Notes under the pieces: generated by a model
Told to the model about the DNA's origin: nothing
What the model saw: only the letters and a program-made list of their open reading frames with translations
Database searches by the model: none
Position numbers and translations under genes: made by a program
From: Carcharhinus longimanus
Lineage: Eukaryota
Direction of reading: 5' to 3'
Assembly: GCA_030264375.1 (NCBI GenBank)
Contig: JASCQW010000166.1
Coordinates: 1,361,048 to 1,425,047, forward strand
DNA length: 64,000 nt
Shown here: positions 1 through 13,309 of the stretch, one piece after another
Layout: every line of letters starts with the position of its first letter
How positions within the stretch are numbered: position 1 is the first letter of the stretch

Positions 1-960
1 TCATAGCTAGGGTGTAGAGAAAGATCAATTTAATGCAAGGTAAGTCCATTCAAAAGTCTGACAGCAGCAGGGAAGAACTGTTCTTGAATCAGTTCATACG
101 TGACCTCAGACTTTTGTATCTTTTTCCCGATGGAAGAAGGTGGAAGCGTATGTCCAGTTCGTGATTATGCTGGCTGCTTTGCCAAGGCAGTGGGAAATGT
201 AGACAGAGTCAATGGGTGGCAGGCTGGTTTGCCTGATGTATTGGGCTACATTCACGACCTCTTGTAGTTATTGCGATCTTGGGCAGAGCAGTAGCCATTA
301 CCAAGCTGTGATACAACCAGAAAGAATGCTTTCTGTGGTGCATCTGTAAAACTTTGTGATGGTCGTAGCGGACATGCCAAATTTCCTTAGTTTTCTGAGA
401 AAGTAGAGGCGTTGGTGGGCTTTCTTATCTATAGTATCGGTATGGAGGGACCAGACATTTGTTGGTGACCTGGACACCTAAAAATTTGAAGCTCTCAACC
501 CTTTCTACTTTGCCCCCATTGATGTAAACAGGGGCATGTTCTCCTCTACGCTCCCTGAAGTCGATGACTATCTCCTTTGTTTTGTTGACAATGAGGGAGA
601 AATTACTGTCGTCATACAATTCACCAGATTCTCTATCTCATTCCTGTATTCTGTCTTGTCATTGTTTGACACCTGTCAACAAACCTGAAAATCGAATTGG
701 AGGGGAATTTGGCCACACAGTCATCGGTGTACGAGGAGTCTAGTTGGGGGCTGAGAACACAGCCATGTGGGGCACCAGTGTTGAGGATGAACGTGGAGGA
801 GGTGTTGTTGCTTATCCTTACTGACTGTGCTAGGAAATTAAGGATCCAGGTGCAGAGGGAGGAGCCGAGGCCCAAGCCACGGAGTTTGGAGATGAGTTTC
901 ATGGGAATAATAATAGTGTTGAAGGCTGAGCTGCAGTCACTAAATAGGAATCTGATATCG
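1..960 (-). mobile_element. Degenerate Rex1/Babar-clade LINE (RT C-terminal part)
   Basis: Broken ORFs contain [35 protein letters not shown] and KTKEIVIDFR...VERVESFKFLGV. Confidence 0.85.
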
Positions 961-1601
961 GTGAGAGGAGAAGAGGAAGGAAGGGAGCAGAGGACAGGAG
1001 AGAGAAAATGAGGGGAGGGAAGCTTAGGAGATGAGAGGGAAAGAGTGAAGGAGGAATAAGTCAGTAAAATCAATCTGATAAGTAAAGAGGCAAATAATTA
1101 ATGTGAGTCGGGCCCAACGGCAAATGGTTTTAAAAGACAAAGAAAAACTGGAAGCAGAAGAATTGAAGTGGCTTTCAGCCACCACATGTATCCATGAATA
1201 AACTAATCCGAGCCAAGGAGGTGATAGGGACACCAGCACTGGGCCACATCGCCCCAAGCATTCAAACACATGCCAGCTGGAAGTGCCTGTGTGGATATTG
1301 GATGCGGGTAGGAGCAGGTTTGGCTGAACATCCCCCCTACAGTCTGCCAGCATGCATTGTCAAGCCGTACACAAGGATAACAGCTGCTTGGGGAAGGATA
1401 CTGCTGGTGGAACCTGACCCAAGGAGAGAGTGAGTGCCTTCGCAGGAGGATAGAGCGAGAGGAAAAAAAAACTGAAGGAGGCAAACAAGAGGTTTTTTGT
1501 TCTAATGGCATTTTACATCTGGAGTTGTGAGAGGTTTGTCTGAACAGATGATATAGGAGCTGACTCAAAAACAGCTTCTTTCCTGCTGCCATCAGACTTT
1601 T

Positions 1602-2035
1602 AGAACCATAGAACATCACAGCACAGAAACAGGTCTTTTGGTCCTTCTTGGCTGTGCCGAACCATTTTCCTGCCTAGTCCCACTGATCTACACCTGGACC
1701 ACATCCCTCCACACCCCTCCCAGCCATGTATCTGTCCAAGTTTTTCTTAAATGTTAAAAGTGAGCCCGCATATGCCATCTCATCTGGCAGCTCATTCCAC
1801 ACTCCCACCACTCTCTGTGTGAAGAACCCCCCCACCCCCAATATTCCCTTTAAACTTTTCCCACTTCACCCTTAACCCATGTCCTTTAGTTTTTTTCTCC
1901 CCTAGCCTCAGTGGGAAAAACCTGCTTGCATTCACTCTATCTATACCCATCAAAATCTTATACACCCCTCTATCAAATCTCCCCTCATTCTTCTACGCTC
2001 TAGGGAATAAAGTCCTAACTTATTCAACCTTTCTT
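1602..2035 (-). mobile_element. CR1 LINE 3' fragment
   Basis: Reverse-oriented (catagaa)-type tail followed by typical CR1 ORF2 3' sequence (tcattccac...ctctgtgtgaaga). Confidence 0.75.
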
Positions 2036-2200
2036 GGTTACAACCCCAGCTACCCAAAAATGGTGCCTCTCTCAAAATAGCAGTCAGATTTTGGTAGTTG
2101 AAGCTAGTCTGTAAATACACTTGAAGCCTACTTTCAATTTCTTTGGAGGCTGGTAGTCATCTCCACATTGCCGCCTTAAGAACTTTGTAATTGTAATTGT

Positions 2201-2380
2201 AAATGTTCTGTTTCTGTAGATTTCATAACCAGAGAAGAGAATGGGGGCGTGAGTAGAGAATTGGGATGAGTAGAAATAAAATGAAAAGGCAACCACTTAC
2301 TGGAAATTGTTAAAGCCAACAAGAGTGACTCAAAGCTCCTACTGATATGGTCACAGAGTAAAGCAGAAGGATTACATCAT
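2201..2380 (+). repeat. 180-bp direct repeat, copy 1
   Basis: Matches 3327-3506 with 3 substitutions and no indels. Confidence 0.95.
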
Positions 2381-2388
2381 AGCACTCA

Positions 2389-2710
2389 GGGCAGCACAGT
2401 GGCATAGTGGTTAGTTCTGCTGCCTCACAGAGCCAGGGACCCGGGTTTAATTCCAGCCTTGGGTCACTGTTTGTGTGGAGTTTGCACATTCACCCCATGA
2501 TTGCGTGGGTTTCCTCCGAGTGTTCCAGTTTCCTCCCATAGTCCAAAGATGTGTAGGTTAGGTTGACTGGCCATGCTAAACTGACCCTTACTATCAGGCG
2601 GATTAGCAGAGTAAATATGTAGGGTTACGGGGATAAGGCCTGGCTAGGAATGTTATTGGTGCAGGCTCGATTGTCCTAATGTCCTCCTTCTGCACTGTAG
2701 GGATTCTATG
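2389..2710 (+). mobile_element. tRNA-derived SINE (V-SINE/HE1-like)
   Basis: A/B-box-like head (gtggcatagtggttag...gggtttaattcc), central tgtgtggagtttgcacatt...tgcgtgggtttcctcc, and a CR1-like tail ending gattctatg. Confidence 0.85.
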
Positions 2711-3326
2711 ACCAACCACAAAATAAAATGGAGAAGCCTTCGAAACAAATCCTACTTCAAAGAATAGTTGTGAAATAATCCCCTAGCCCGACAATTTTCT
2801 GAGATCTGTATGTTCCTCCAGTTCTTGGCGTCTTGTGCATCCCCTTGATTTATATCTCTCCACCATTGGCAGCCATTATCACCAAGGCCCTAAATCTCTG
2901 CCCCTCTCTAAAATGCTCTTTAAAACCCACTTCTTTGATCAAACCTTTGAAAGGTCCTGATATTGCCTGACTGGATACCTGATTTTGGTCTGCCTGTCCT
3001 CTTGAGCAACGAGTAGGATGTTGCACCTTCACACAATAGCCTTGCTGCTTACAATAGAAGGTACACAAAGCCTGGGGAGATGACCTGAGTTAACCCTGAG
3101 AAATGAGATGAGATTGCAGCCACAGTTGGAAGTTTTGCCATATCCCATCAACCAATGAAAATTTCTGACTTGCTGGCATTTCATGTGTTTGATGCATTGA
3201 AGGGCAGGCTTGATGCATGTCAAAAGGCGCAGGTATCAGTGGGATGTGGAGAAAGTGTGGGAATAGTTAGTTCAATTGGGGTGGAAGTTCATGTGAAGAA
3301 TATAGACTCAATTATCCAATTGCACG

Positions 3327-3506
3327 AAATGTTCTGTTTCTGTCGATTCCATAACCAGAGAAGAGAATGGGGGCGTGAGTAGAGAATTGGGATGAGTAGA
3401 AATAAAATGAAAAGACAACCACTTACTGGAAATTGTTAAAGCCAACAAGAGTGACTCAAAGCTCCTACTGATATGGTCACAGAGTAAAGCAGAAGGATTA
3501 CATCAT
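3327..3506 (+). repeat. 180-bp direct repeat, copy 2
   Basis: Matches 2201-2380 with 3 substitutions. Confidence 0.95.
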
Positions 3507-4929
3507 GCATGATGTCAAACTTGAGGAGTGGGCAGGGTTGGAACGTCAGAACATGTGGGAATCCTTTGTCCTTGCTTCCCAATAAAGTTCCACTGTCAGA
3601 GAGTTAGATACACATTGCCAAAACTTCATGTTAATCCTCATTAGCCCTGACACAAACCCAATTCTATGCTGTTCTGGACCAAGGTGATGATTTGTAGACA
3701 TACATTTGGGTATATTTTGAACACTGTGCATCAATTCATGCAAATACTGGCACTCACAGGTTCCGCAGTAGTTAAGGGGCTGGTAGAAAGTCAAATAAAG
3801 TTCCTTGTTTTTCTTAAATGATGTATTGTGTTGGGTCAGATTTTCTTGTTGACAGTAATTCTCTTGGGGTTCCGCAAAAAAATTAGGAAAACTTGATTTC
3901 AGCCATTTCCCAGCGTTCAATTTGAGCTTGGAGCCATCTGGTTATTTCATTTCCCAACTGGAAAGAGTTGGGGTTGACTTCTGCCTTGATGGCAATGTTG
4001 GTTAATTTCAAATCCAGCTACAAGGGAAATAGTATTTGGCTAATGACTTGTCCAAGAAAATTCTTGATGTACAAAAATGTAAGCGTGAAACAGGATCATT
4101 GAGTTTCGCAGGATGAACAATGCGTTTTTAGTTAAAATGCATGATCGGAAAACATCAGAGTTGTACACTCGTTTAACGTAAACAAAATACAATTTTTTTT
4201 TTATTTGGTTGTGTGAGGTATGGTTGCTTAATGAAATAGTTTGGTTTGCTAATTGCCAAAAACCACAAAAGTTACCCTGTTGCATTAACCCTTTGGCCTC
4301 ATTGTGCTCATTTTCATCTTAACTAAAAACCCATTATATACCATAACAGCACCTCAGGTTGTAGTTGTTAATGGCTACCAGATGCACATTGAGCAGCTTT
4401 CCGAATGCCCAACTTAAGTTGACGGTTTTCAATTGGCAGTGTCCCTGCTACCAGGCAAACTGGGATGAGCTAATTCAGCATGGATAATTGGGCCTGCAGT
4501 TTACATGGTCTCTGTAGCTCAGTGTTGGAGGGGCCATCGGAAGCCATTTCTGTCTGTCTACCACTCTGCTAGTGCTAAAAAGAAAGGAAAAATATTTTTT
4601 TTGTAAAAAGCATATTTGTTGCTTGAGGTCTCAGTGCTTTTTTTCAAGTATTTTAACCCTGCCATTTCCCAGTCATAGGACCCTAACCCATTATTCATTT
4701 CCACTGAACAAGTGCCACACATGTTCTGCCCAGTGGAACCTAGATAGCTACAACAATAATGGAAGAACCTGGGTGCCATGAATTTCTGTGGGATTTTGAA
4801 GAATGTGAATGCTCCTCTTGACCTGACAAAAATCTTCCTATCCATTACAGCTGCTGTTGTATAACCACACTTCTGCTAGTGCTTAGTTTCCACCTTGATC
4901 AACACCTCATCCACTGCCTTAAATATTCA

Positions 4930-5262
4930 CTCCTTTCACCACTGCCACAGAATGGCTGCAATGCACAATATCTACAAGATTGACTGCAGCAACTTCCCCC
5001 TTTGACCTTTTCAACACCACGTAGAAAAACAAGGTCAGCAGACTCATGGAAAGATCACCACCTGCAAATTCAACTTTAACTCACTTGCCATCCTGACTTG
5101 GAAACAAAGGACTATTTCTTCACTGTCTTTGTAACAGCACAGTGGGTGTACACACTGCATGAACTGCAGCAGCTCAAGAAGGTGGCTCGCCACCACCTTC
5201 CCAAGGGCAATTTAGGATCAGCAATATGCTGATCTTGCCAGTGATGCTTACATCCCATGAAC
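4930..5262 (+). mobile_element. LINE 3'-end fragment (related pieces at ~51215-51485 minus, ~52220-52500 plus, ~52605-52790 minus)
   Basis: Recurrent motif ccatcctgacttgga...gaactgcagcagctcaagaaggtggctcgccaccaccttcccaagggcaat...catcccatgaa seen several times in the window. Confidence 0.6.
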
Positions 5263-8200
5263 CCAAGTATCCATCAATTTTTCCTCACGACAGTTCTTCC
5301 CAAAGAGGAAAGATTGTTATCATTGAAAATCAGTCCCATTATCCGTATTCTTAAGTATCTCTTCCATATCATGATATACCCAGCAAATTTCTCAACATCG
5401 CTTCCCCTTTTAAACATTGCAAGTGGGAAAATGTGAGTACAGTCACCAGATGAGTACACTGCCTAAGGTCACATTAGTCTGAATATATCTAAAACTCCTT
5501 AAGTAGTTCCCAAGTTGCTTGTGCCTGTGGGATTAAATGTTCTGTGTGTTAATAGGCAATGGACAGTAAAATTGTTCACATTCCCGGTCTCTATAGAAAT
5601 GCTTTAGTCAGTCATTCCAGAATAAAAAGAAACAAAGGCAGTCTGGCCATCTTGAGGGACTACAGAACTTTGAATCCGATTTCAGCCCTCTCTGCAATCA
5701 ATGGAATGTAAAGGCTGCTATCACAGGATTAACATCATGCCATTGTTATCAAGTAAGATTCAATACGAGCTCAGCTGGTAAATGCAAAGAGCTCGATTCC
5801 ATGTCTATGTATTGGAAACTGCCCTTCACAAAGGCTTTGGCAATTAGCATCAAATGCACCTGATCTTGGTTGGTGAGGTTTCAATCAAGGTTCCTGCCAC
5901 AGATCACACATGCTGTATTTTCCCACAGAGTCCACTTTTTCTGTGTCATTCTTAGCTTGTGTAGTTACTGTGAACCAATGGTTTGGACAGAAGTACTTTA
6001 CACCGTGTTTTTGTTGACTTCTGTCTGACCATCAGGTGTTCTAGCAATCTTAGAACTTCAGAAACTCCATGGAACACTTGAAAAAGCAGAGCGATTGTTT
6101 TCATGTGTGTGTGTGTGAGAAATATGGAGAGATTTAACTATAATGCCCCATTGCTTGTGAACACCAACTAGTATCAGAATGAAAATATAGCTATTTCTCA
6201 AAGGTACTAGCGGGCACACTTCCCCCTTTGACCTTTCTGCCTGTCTACACTTTGGCATAATAAGGGGACTGTGATGAACTCTGATGTTACAACAGTTATC
6301 TTCTAAAACCTTCTCCAGTCAAAGGAATAAAGACAACAGTGGCACACAAGGTACATCATCTCCAACTGGAGACTCAAGAAATTGAAAGAATCTGCTTTGA
6401 GCTGGTTTTCAGCATGATGAGTAGATTGGCAATGTAACATGGGAAATGGTTTCATTAACTGGTGAACTGTGACAAGCTGCTTCTTGATTTTTATCAGCTT
6501 GGGTCAAGAAAATTGGAAGAAACAGTGGATAAATTGAAAGTTGATTGACGAGTCTCCTGCCTCTTGTTACTATCTTTAATTATGGTAATAAATTTAAAAA
6601 GATCCATGGCAAGAAGCCTACCACTTTTCTTTTCGAACTTGTGTAGCACATTTTAACTTGGAATTTAGTGGTGCAATATAGGTGTATGGCCCATTCCTGT
6701 CATGCCAAGTTGCTTTGTGGAAAATAGCCAGCAATACAGTGGTGTACTTTGGAGTATCAGCTAACTCTCTGGAATTACTGATACTAAATGACTATAACTG
6801 CAAAAAGGGACACCTTTTCATGGATGGTTTTACTTCACACCTGCCATCATAACTCATAAGAACATAAGAAATAGGAGCAGGAGTAGGCCATCTAGCCCTT
6901 CGAGCCTGCCCCGCCACTCAATAAGATCANNNNNNNNNNNNNNNNNNNNNNNNNNNNNNNNNNNNNNNNNNNNNNNNNNNNNNNNNNNNNNNNNNNNNNN
7001 NNNNNNNNNNNNNNNNNNNNNNNNNNNNNNNNNNNNNNNNNNNNNNNNNNNNNNNNNNNNNNNNNNNNNNNNNNNNNNNNNNNNNNNNNNNNNNNNNNNN
7101 NNNNNNNNNNNNNNNNNNNNNNNNNNNNNNNNNNNNNNNNNNNNNNNNNNNNNNNNNNNNNNNNNNNNNNNNNNNNNNNNNNNNNNNNNNNNNNNNNNNN
7201 NNNNNNNNNNNNNNNNNNNNNNNNNNNNNNNNNNNNNNNNNNNNNNNNNNNNNNNNNNNNNNNNNNNNNNNNNNNNNNNNNNNNNNNNNNNNNNNNNNNN
7301 NNNNNNNNNNNNNNNNNNNNNNNNNNNNNNNNNNNNNNNNNNNNNNNNNNNNNNNNNNNNNNNNNNNNNNNNNNNNNNNNNNNNNNNNNNNNNNNNNNNN
7401 NNTATGCTGTGTTACATACTCTTACGTTGTATTTCCAGCACAGAAAGAGGCAATTCAGCCCTACAGATCCATGCTACTCACAATACTCCTGCACTTCGTT
7501 CACTGTGCATACATCCAGTGCCTCTTTGCCCAATTTGGAGAGTGGGGTATGGAAATAGAGTGGGAGAAAGATCAGTCATAATCTTATTGAATGGTGGAGG
7601 AGGTTCAAGGGACCATATGGTCCACAACTGCTTCTATTTCTTCTGTCCTTTTGACAACATTTTGAGTTGTCCAAGACTAGATGGCTTACTGGTAGAAGGG
7701 GGAATTTATTAGTAAAAGCATCATCTCAACATAAAGCCTACTAGAAGATCCCAGCTTTCTATAATTTGGGCTCCTGCCTCTGAGATGAGAGTGAAAAATT
7801 AGCCAGTCTACTCTTTTCCACAACTGAATGCTCATGAATGGCAGTGTAGCTGGTTGAATCAGCCTTATTATTACCTCGCTGGGGTCAGCCAACTTAACAC
7901 AGACATTATATAGTATGTGGATCCTTCACAGCCCACATAGCTCGTTTGCCACTGAAGCTTTTCTCTGAACTTTTGAACATTTGCAATGAAAATTGTTTTC
8001 TATTAAGAGAACCAGAGACCTACCAATAAACAAAATCACCATACATCTTTACTAATCAAACTTTTTCCCCAGTTTGGTAATGTAGGAAAGTCACTATCAT
8101 GCTTTAATTAAGTAATTAAGTCAAGAATATTTTTGTTAGATCAGTCGAGGGTGGGAAACATATGCTGCACATGTTCTTTTCCTTCAATAATGTTTGCAAT

Positions 8201-11200
8201 GTTTATTTAATATTATATGGACATAAACATGAAATGAGTGACATTGGGAACTGGCAGTGGTGTGAACATCCTGCAGTGCTGGATCTACATTTCTAAGAGG
8301 TGGGCCCACAGCTGAGATCCATTTAAATTCCTCGCCCGCATAATCTTTGTGGTGCACTTTACTCATGTCACGGTGACAATTTGAACCACAGAATTTTCAA
8401 GAACTTTAACCTTATGTACATGTACTTTTTTTGAGAATCAAGCACATGAACATCCACGTCAAGATTTTGTCTGGCAAAACTGTTAACATTGAAAGTTTAC
8501 TGCAGGAGGTAGTCATGTTTGCTTCTGGTTTTGCCAAGTCCATTCCCTTTTTAGTGAACGTTTGTGCTTTTGAGAAAAGGGATGTTACTGCGAGGCAACG
8601 GAACACTTCCTATTTCAAGCATTCATTGTCAGCAGGAACCAATCTCAGAACAAGCTTGGCATGAGTGTCAAGTAAAGCTCCCTCAACACTGTCCCATCAA
8701 ACACTCCCAAGACAACTCGAACACAAGCTAGATGCCCCCAAAGCATGACTCTGGCCTCCTAGTCATCTATTTTTTAATTTTCAAATGGGCAGTTAGGTTT
8801 GTTTCCACGGACGGCCCACAGTCAGGCCTCCAAAATCAATATCATAGAGGATGCTTCGGGAAATTGGACCAAGGAAATCTTACAAAATAGAACTTAAGAA
8901 AATATTGCTGTACTGTTTCTAATTCAGACCAGGATTTCTGGCAGTTTTACTGCTTCCCCTACATTTCTCCTGATGCTGAATTTAGTATTTTCTTTTGGGA
9001 GTAATTTGAATATCGAGAAATATATAATGGCGCTCCAATGATGTTCAAATGCTGACGTATGTTTGCCACCTTTTTCTCCCTACAAATAAGACAACAACTA
9101 ACTTCTCTCGATTTTGCTTTTGTGTCAAAACACTTTTTGTCAGGGATACCCATCCCAAACTTATGCCTTGTCCAATGCCCAGTCTCAAGATTACTGCAGC
9201 AGAGGTCTGAGGTCTCGGCCCACGATTCCTCCACACAATGAACTCCTAATTTTGGTTACACATCTGTAGGCAATTGCCAAGTAGAGACCAGGCTTTTCCC
9301 CACAGGATAACAAAAATGTAGGACAAATGCTTCTGGGAAGTAATAGTTGTGTTTTAATGAGGCCCTTTGTATTTGCTATACAGAGACTGAGATAATCCAG
9401 CCTCCTTGTGCAACAACAACTTACGTTTATATGACATCTTTAGTATAGTGAAATGTCAAAAACTGTTTCACTGTAGTATTATAAAATAAAGTTTGGCGCA
9501 CAGCTAGGGAATGAAATATTAGAACAGACGACTAAAAGCTTGGTTAAAGAGTTCTGTTTCCAGGAAAATCTTAACAGAGGAGAGAGATTTGATGAGACTG
9601 AGAAATTCAGGGAGGGAATTCCTGAGCTTAGGGAAAAGCCAGCTGAAGGCAAGGCCACCAATGGTGGAGTGATTAAAATCAGGGATGTGCACGATGCCAG
9701 AATTGGAATGGCCCAGAGATCTCAGATGGGTGTCAGGCTACAGGAGTACCATTCTCCTGCCTTCTTTGCTGGAAAAGCAGAATAAGTAGTGGCAACAGTA
9801 TTGAATTTTAGTTCGGGCAACATCCCCTTCCCAGACAGGCAGTGAATGGAGTCCAAATTGCTTGTGTGGAATATAAATACATTGACCAGTGTGGCAGAAG
9901 GCTGTTTTTATGTTGTAACCTCCAAGTAATGGGTATGGCATAGTAAGTCAGCTGAGACCCATCAATGAAATTGTGGTAGGTCTCAAATGGACTTTGGGTT
10001 TTGTGATTTTAACAAGTCACAAATAATTCAGCTACCTGGGGATTGTCAGTAGTAAATTGTGAGATCTGTGGCTGTCAATCTAACTCCAAAGGATATGTGA
10101 TCAATCGAGGCAATTTATCTCACATTGAAGGTCAGGCAACTCAAGTCCTAAAAATCTGAGAAAAAGAACTGCAGTATTGAGCAAACCTAGTGATGAATTC
10201 TTCTAATGAAGGAACTGCTGCCGGAACCATGTGAATGGGAGTTTCCAGTCAAGCCTGAATTTATAATTGGCATTACAAATGGCAAATTTCCTCTCCCCAT
10301 CCGTCCCTCCACCCTGTTAATGACAAATTGTTGTATAGTCATCAACTTTCTCTTGTCCTCTGCTAACATTTGCTGGGCTTCAGTGTTGGCAGATTGTTAG
10401 CACATCACATTCCCAAGGCTAAGATTATCTTAATGGAATTCTGAGAAGAAACCATTTTCTTGTACTGAGAAAAGTGAGGTGAACAACTCAGTTGGACAAC
10501 TCAGAGGCTTGAAAGTCTCAAGGAGGTGAAAGGTTAAATGAAAATTTAGTCATAAGGTGATGTCAACCTTGGGTTTCACAGATCTATAGTTGCAGGTAAT
10601 TGGAAAGACGAAGGGAAGAGAGGAGTTATAAAGGTTGAGAATAGAAGAGTATATGACTTCATAATGACACTTAATTTCAACAGAGTAAGGATGTGGGGGT
10701 GGGGGGTGAATTCATGGATAAATAAGCTTTTGTAGAAAGAACTTGTAAAACTGAAATATAAGAGGAGGTCATTTTACCCCTTAACCCTACTCTCTGTCAT
10801 TCAAGAGGTTATGGCTGATCTTGATCTAACTCTATATATTCACATTTGTCCCATAACCCTACCTTAGGTTCATAAGAATCAATCAGATTTAAAAATAACT
10901 ATTGATCTAGTTACAATTGACATATGCGGAGGGAGTTCCAAAATTCTATCACTCTTTGTGTGCATGAGTATATCCTAACTTTACCCCGAGGTGACGCCTG
11001 TACAATCAGGCTCAGTAGTTTCAGGGGTTGTGGGGGTTGGGACACGATCAAGCTGTGTATTGGTTTCCATAATACTAATGGTGTACAGTCCAACCTTCAC
11101 ATTGTTCTCAGTACTGACAACTTGCAGCCCCCTCCCCCAATGAGAGTTGTGCTAATTTGCACCATCTGTCGGGCACAGAGCTGGAGAGAGCAAGTCACAC

Positions 11201-12391
11201 AGCCATATGAGTAAGAACACATCTGCGCCTCCTTCCTCAGTTGATCAGTGCTGTGTAGCTAGACAGCTGAAAACCTTGTCCCTCCTCAGCTGAAATTTTG
11301 ATTTTAACCCTCTATTCCCACAAACACTTTTGTTCCTTTATTCCTGTGTCTTCACCGCACCCTATTATTCTAGAAATTTGCCAACAGATTTCCTTCAAGA
11401 GGTGAGCAGACATTGTTACTCCCCAGCTGATTCAGTCAGTCAGCATCCTGGGTTCCTTTTGCTAGCCTGTGTGCTCACTGCACTAGCGTCAATCAAGATT
11501 GCAGTAAGTAACAGCAAGTTCAATACAGCGATTCTGATGAGGTGCGGCGGGGATGATTCTTCTGATTCCTTGGGATTCTGCTCCCGACATAACATTATGA
11601 TCCTTGCCAGGCAGTGAGCATGGGTGACAGCAACCAAAAGCGATATGGTCGATCTTGGCTTCAATACCATGTAAAATAGCGCACTGAACCTCCTGAAAAA
11701 GTATCATTTGATTGAGGGTTTGGAGAGTAAACAGGTTATAGCTGGTGATACTTGCTGTAAGTTGCACAAGAAAACAACAGCAGCAGCAACAACAAGAACT
11801 TCATTCATCCTGTGAATTTAATGTGGAAAATCTGTCTAATGATCAAAGATTGAGTAGATGAGAGGTGGTCCTATAGAAATTTATAAGATTATGAAAAGAG
11901 ATTTATAAGATTCTTTGGGGGCTTAACAGGGGAGATGGTTAGAGGCTGTTTCCTTTGGCCGGAGGCTTTAAAATTACAAGTCATCGCCTTGGGATAAGAG
12001 TTTGATTATTTGAGATTGAGCTGAGGAGAAATTTCTTCACACTTTGGAATTCTCTCCACAGCTGCAGATACTTAGTTACTGAGTACATTCAAAGCTGAGC
12101 CAGTTTGATTTTTGAACTCCAGGGGAGTTAAGGGATATTGAAATTCGATGGGAGAATGGAGTTGAGGTCCAAGCTTGACCAGGATTGCATTGAAAGCAGA
12201 GCAGGTCTGAAGGACCATACAACATCCTTCTGTTCTTATTTTGAGTATTAAAATTCTCCCTAAACCTGGAGGTGAAATCGGAAAATGGTTGCTGAGCCAA
12301 GGAAGGACATAGTGGGATATGGTGAGCAGAGGTGAGTTTTAAGGAGGGTTTTAAAGGAGCTTCGGCAGAAGGTTTTAGGAAAGGAATTCGA

Positions 12392-13084
12392 GAGATTGAC
12401 AGCACAGTTGTCAATGAGAAAAGAGAGACATTTCTCGCGTGCCTTTCATGACCGAAGGACATTCTAAAATGTTTCACAGCCAATGGTGTACTTTTGAAGT
12501 GAAGTCATCATTGCATTGAACACAGAATCCAATTTGCACACACTGAACTCCCTGAAACAAAAATGTGATTTTCAGGAAAGTTGAGTGGGGATGAATAATG
12601 GTTAGGACACAGAATACTCCTCTGTTCTTCTTCAAAATTTGCCGTGGGATTAACTATGTCCACCTGAGAGTGCAGGTGGGGCCAGATGATGTTTAACGTC
12701 CCATTCTAGGGAAGGCACCTCCAACAGTGCAGCACTCCCTTTGTGGTGAGGGGGTTAGCCACTGAGCAAGGCTGACACAGTGACCACTAATCTGATAGAA
12801 TTAAGGAAATGGATGACTCACAACAAGCAGAGTTGGAGGAAGGGAGAGATGAAAGGTGAAAGCTGCAGAGGTCACAGAGCTGTGAACACACATGGCCACA
12901 AAGGATTTCTACATTTTTGTTTCAGGAAGTTTGCTGTGTGCAAATTGGAATCTGTGTTCAATGCATCAGTGACTTTACTTCAAAAGTACTTCATTGGCTG
13001 TGAAACATATTAAGATGTCCTCAGGTCATGACAGGCATTAGGGAAATGTCTCTCTTTTCTCATTGACGACTGTGCTGTCAATCT
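12392..13084. repeat. Long inverted repeat: arms ~12393-12566 and ~12911-13084, spacer ~345 bp
   Basis: The reverse complement of the right arm aligns ungapped with the left arm at roughly 85% identity by eye (agattgacagcacagtYgtcaatgagaaaagagagacattt...tgaaacaaaaatgt). Confidence 0.9.
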
Positions 13085-13309
13085 ATAGAAATATGGGAGA
13101 CCTGATAATTTTGTTCAGTGTTGTCTTCTCTGACCTCAGCCTAGCCGCAGTAAGGCCTCAGGACTCTAAGCTTTGGTGGGGAGAACATTAGTTTGGATTC
13201 CCACAGCCTAATGCATGAACCTGCTGGAAAGCCTATTAGTGCACATACTGAAATGAGAACCAGATTGAGCTTGGCTGTTACCCCCCATACATGAATCAGG
13301 GTCAACAGC

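Noticed and set aside
2389-2460. tRNA genes (A/B-box sequences here and at ~20840-20905, ~28312 and ~29546)
   Set aside because: These are SINE heads continuing into SINE bodies; no intact cloverleaf.
2204-3505. LTR/TRIM interpretation of the 180-bp direct repeat (contains TG...CA)
   Set aside because: Identity extends beyond TG/CA, there is no TSD, PBS or PPT, and the interior is SINE/LINE debris.
8959-9234. ORF with CLIC...NIRQH resembling a BED-type zinc finger of hAT transposases
   Set aside because: Similarity is too weak; no TIRs or other transposase motifs nearby.
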